Shown: piece by piece, positions 60,791 to 64,000 of the stretch | Position numbering within the stretch: position 1 is the first letter of the stretch | Layout of the letters: every line of letters begins with the position of its first letter | Assembly (NCBI GenBank): GCA_963668625.2 | Contig: CAXXKA010000001.1 | Location: 512,001-576,000, forward strand | Length of the DNA: 64,000 nt | Source: an uncultured candidate division Zixibacteria bacterium | GTDB taxonomy: Bacteria > Zixibacteria > MSB-5A5 > UBA10806 > 4484-95 | Direction of reading: 5' to 3' | Program-made: the position numbers and the translations under genes | Notes under the pieces: model-generated | Told to the model about the DNA's origin: nothing | Databases searched by the model: none | The model's input: the letters and a program-made list of their open reading frames with translations, nothing else

Positions 60791-62419
60791 ATGATTAAAA
60801 AAATATTCGTAATTGCTCTCATATTGGCATGCGTTGGCGCCGCCGGAGCTACAATAATTAATGTGCCCGATGATTACCCTACTATCCAGAGTGGTATTAA
60901 CGCCTCGGTTGACGGCGATACGGTATTATTGGGTATAGGAAGTTATGCCGAACATATAAATTTCAATGGCAAAGAAATATTACTTACCTCGGGATACCTG
61001 TTTAGCGGGGAGGATGACGACCGGATTCTGACCGCTCTCTGTGATAGTACGATAGAAGAATCACTGGTAAAATTTGATTCGGGGGAAAGCAGCAACTCCA
61101 TAATATACGGGCTCACACTCGCCCACGGGCGCGCGATGTACGGCGGCGCTATCTGTTGCCGTAACTCCAGCCCAACGATAGCAGAATGCGATATAGCATT
61201 CAATGAATCCATGGGATTCGGCGGAGCTATTTTCATCGAAAACGGTTCCCCCGTGATAAGAAATAATTACATTCTCTATAATCATGCGATAGATTGCGGC
61301 GGCGCCATGTACCTCTTAAACAGCGATGCCGAGATTAGAGATAATAAAATCAGCCTGAATACAGCCGATGAAAACGGCGGGGCTTTGTATCTCTGGTATT
61401 CCAATCCGGCTGTCGAAAACAATTTATTTCCCGCCAATGAAGCAGGCGACAGGGGAGGTATGGCTTATCTCTGGTTCTCCGATCCGCTTATCATGAATAA
61501 TACCGTACAATATAACCTGGCCCAAAGATACGGCGGCGCCATGTATATTTACGCCTCTGCTCCGCTAATTTATCGAAATAATTTCGAGGAGAACAGCTCA
61601 ATCGAAAGAGGCGGCGCGATATTCGCCTGGTACTCCGATCCCATCATTAAAAATAACGTGATTGCCGGGAACAGCTCGGCTCTTTGCGGCGGAGTATATA
61701 TTGGAAATAACTCCAATGCCGAGGTGATCAACAATACCATAGTATTGAATACCGCCGAAAGAGGCGGCGGTTTCTATAGCTGGGGATGCGATCCTGTTCT
61801 GGAAAATAATATTTTCTGGTATAACCGGGCCGAGATCGGTGCGCAGATTGAGCAGGGCACCGATACCAACCCGATAGTACGTTTTTGCAATGTCGAGGGC
61901 GGCTATGAGGGAGAGGGTAATATCGATTCCGAACCGTTGTTTCGGGATACCCTTTCATACGATTTTCATCTGATGGATACTTACTGCGATGATCCTTACG
62001 ATTCGCCCTGTATTGATGCAGGCAATCCTGATATTGCCGATGACACGCTTGATTGTAACTGGGGATTGGGAACGATCGCTAGTGATATTGGAGCTTTTGG
62101 CGGTGGTAATATCAATGTCGGAATAGAAGATAATGATCCTCAAACGATTCTCCCTGCCCGGATGGATATCATCTGTAATTACCCCAACCCGTTTAACGGT
62201 TCGACCGTTATATGCTTTCAGCTATCGCAACCGGGTGATATCGAATTGTCGATTTATGATATTCTTGGGCGCAAGGTGGAGTGTGTTCGTGAAGAACATG
62301 AGGCAGCCGGAACGTATACGATTACCTGGCTGGCTGACGGCAAGCCATCCGGGATATACTACGCACGACTGAAAACCTCGAAGAGCATGTTCTCGACATC
62401 AATGATTTTACTGAAGTAG
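60791..62419 (+). CDS. Right-handed parallel beta-helix surface protein with CTD
   Basis: VPDDYPTIQSGI, repeated N.A..GGA units, SPCIDAG, NYPNPFN. Confidence 0.88.
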   Translation: MIKKIFVIALILACVGAAGATIINVPDDYPTIQSGINASVDGDTVLLGIGSYAEHINFNGKEILLTSGYLFSGEDDDRILTALCDSTIEESLVKFDSGESSNSIIYGLTLAHGRAMYGGAICCRNSSPTIAECDIAFNESMGFGGAIFIENGSPVIRNNYILYNHAIDCGGAMYLLNSDAEIRDNKISLNTADENGGALYLWYSNPAVENNLFPANEAGDRGGMAYLWFSDPLIMNNTVQYNLAQRYGGAMYIYASAPLIYRNNFEENSSIERGGAIFAWYSDPIIKNNVIAGNSSALCGGVYIGNNSNAEVINNTIVLNTAERGGGFYSWGCDPVLENNIFWYNRAEIGAQIEQGTDTNPIVRFCNVEGGYEGEGNIDSEPLFRDTLSYDFHLMDTYCDDPYDSPCIDAGNPDIADDTLDCNWGLGTIASDIGAFGGGNINVGIEDNDPQTILPARMDIICNYPNPFNGSTVICFQLSQPGDIELSIYDILGRKVECVREEHEAAGTYTITWLADGKPSGIYYARLKTSKSMFSTSMILLK

Positions 62420-62859
62420 CGTTAACCATAAGGCTATTGGCTTATCGTATAGTTACCACTATTCTTATTATATATGTAGTAAACAATATACGAAAAAAAA
62501 CTTGACATGATATGTCGCTTGTTCTAATATTGACGATATAAATAGCAGCAGTAGAATTATCATCCATGTTGTAGTTGATGTATTCCGGTAATTGTTTGCA
62601 TCACGGGATTAGATGGGGGAACAATATTGATCTGGAACACTTATTAGCTTAAAAGAATATAATTAAAATGTTAAGGTATTTCTAGGAACATTATCACAAC
62701 CGTTAGTATTAATAATGAAAAAGAGCTTAATCGGAATTTCCAGTTTCCATGAAAGGAGGGTATCACCCCGAGTGTTGTACGAAACGCCGATCGGTGTTTT
62801 AAATTTGATGTAATTTCTTTAAAATTAAAAGCACGAACCCAAATTTGTAAGGAGGGGTT

Positions 62860-63735
62860 ATGCACAAGAAAATTTTAGCTCTACTTATTTTAATTCCATT
62901 TAGTTTATCCTTTGCTAATTCAGTTGATATTTGGTTCGGCGGCCAATTTGATGGTTTTGCCTGGAATGATGTGATGGAGGTTACTCCCGGCCAGTGGATT
63001 GATATCCCGGTGTACGCCATGGGTAACAGCGATGATATATACCTTGCAGATATGACGCTTCCGTTGGGAATCAATAAACAGTACATCGATAAATTCAGCA
63101 TAGAGGACAGTCGAGCGCTGGAGCCGCTCTCAGAATGGGATGTTGCGGTATTTGCCAATGAAAATGATGAGTTCGAGGAGGGTTGGTCGAGTCTTTCGTT
63201 CTTAGGATTCAGCCAGATTTACTCCAAGGATTCTCCTTATGCCCATTTCGAGACTCCGACTAAGATAATGACATTCAGGGTTCATATCATCGATGATGAG
63301 AACCTGATGAACGAGATGGCCCCCAACGCTATTTCCCAGGGTATGGATATCCGTCAAAGTACCGCCAACATGGGCAATCCAACCGGCGATATAAGTTTCG
63401 AGGTCAATCAGCATTTCGCCAGTTTCCTGTTCAGCCCGGCCACCGCTATCGATGACCTGGTGGAGATACCCGATATGTATTTCCTTTCGGAAAACTACCC
63501 GAATCCTTTCAATCCGACGACGTTGTTCAAGTATGGTATACCCGAGGCGGCGCATGTAAATATAGAAATTTACGATGTGCTGGGACGCAGGGTCGAGACG
63601 CTGGTCGATGAGGATCAAGAAGCCGGTTACCATCAGGTTACATTCGATGGCGACGGTTATTCCTCCGGCATGTACTTTTTCAAAATGGCGGCCGGTGATT
63701 ATAACGAAACCAAGAAGATGACTCTAATCAAGTAG
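62860..63735 (+). CDS. Secreted protein (possible cohesin-like domain) with CTD
   Basis: Signal peptide, ENYPNPFNP...KKMTLIK; GGAGG RBS. Confidence 0.85.
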   Translation: MHKKILALLILIPFSLSFANSVDIWFGGQFDGFAWNDVMEVTPGQWIDIPVYAMGNSDDIYLADMTLPLGINKQYIDKFSIEDSRALEPLSEWDVAVFANENDEFEEGWSSLSFLGFSQIYSKDSPYAHFETPTKIMTFRVHIIDDENLMNEMAPNAISQGMDIRQSTANMGNPTGDISFEVNQHFASFLFSPATAIDDLVEIPDMYFLSENYPNPFNPTTLFKYGIPEAAHVNIEIYDVLGRRVETLVDEDQEAGYHQVTFDGDGYSSGMYFFKMAAGDYNETKKMTLIK

Positions 63736-63761
63736 AGATGGGATTTCTTACCATTCGCTTT

Positions 63762-63790
63762 AAGGCGGTGCATATGTACCGCCTTTTTTT
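63762..63790 (+). terminator. Intrinsic terminator
   Basis: AAGGCGGTGC/GTACCGCCTT stem plus T-tract. Confidence 0.85.
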
Positions 63791-64000
63791 ATGCTAGAAA
63801 CCACCGATTCGCCCGGTGTGTAGGTTTTAAGCAAAGCATAGTATAGTATAGTGGCCCCCAGACGATTTCGTCTGCTGCTTATGGGTAGCATGTTGGCAAA
63901 TGGGGTAGATGGGGAGAGGCTGTCCCAGGATATTTCAGATAAAACGTAACTGCTATGACCAGCCTCAGCTATACGGTTTATTGGTAGATCACGTTTGGAA

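Noticed and set aside
63850-64000. GC-richer stretch at the window end as a possible RNA gene
   Set aside because: No tRNA cloverleaf or recognisable motif, and it is truncated by the window edge

Overview
This is a bacterial window. My inference, from the many YPNPFN-type C-terminal sorting-domain (CTD) proteins alongside sulfate-reduction genes, is an FCB-related anaerobe such as Zixibacteria. The first ~23 kb holds a fragmented dissimilatory sulfur cluster: 5' part of dsrA, qmoAB, sat-aprBA and a divergent qmoC, with Rex-like operators. Outer-membrane genes and a tandem array of beta-propeller surface proteins with mosaic, near-identical CTD DNA interrupt it. Six full and two decayed copies of a 255-bp non-autonomous element (13-bp TIRs, 9-bp TSDs) lie between 5.6 and 34.3 kb; two of them rewrite the C-termini of CTD proteins. 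A RAYT transposase sits among GTAG REPs, and one REP doublet is split open by an AT-rich serine-protease gene. A housekeeping block follows (dnaQ-dinG, NtrC-type regulator, rsgA, rpsU, yqeY, cvpA, mutS2, dnaG, rpoD-like). Right after rpoD is the best candidate for an undescribed system: a small CPPYC-tailed protein, a multi-pass membrane protein and a membrane-anchored PAS-LuxR regulator, then a palindrome, a promoter and a ~180-nt structured non-coding stretch. All family calls come from motif recognition by eye; no searches were run.
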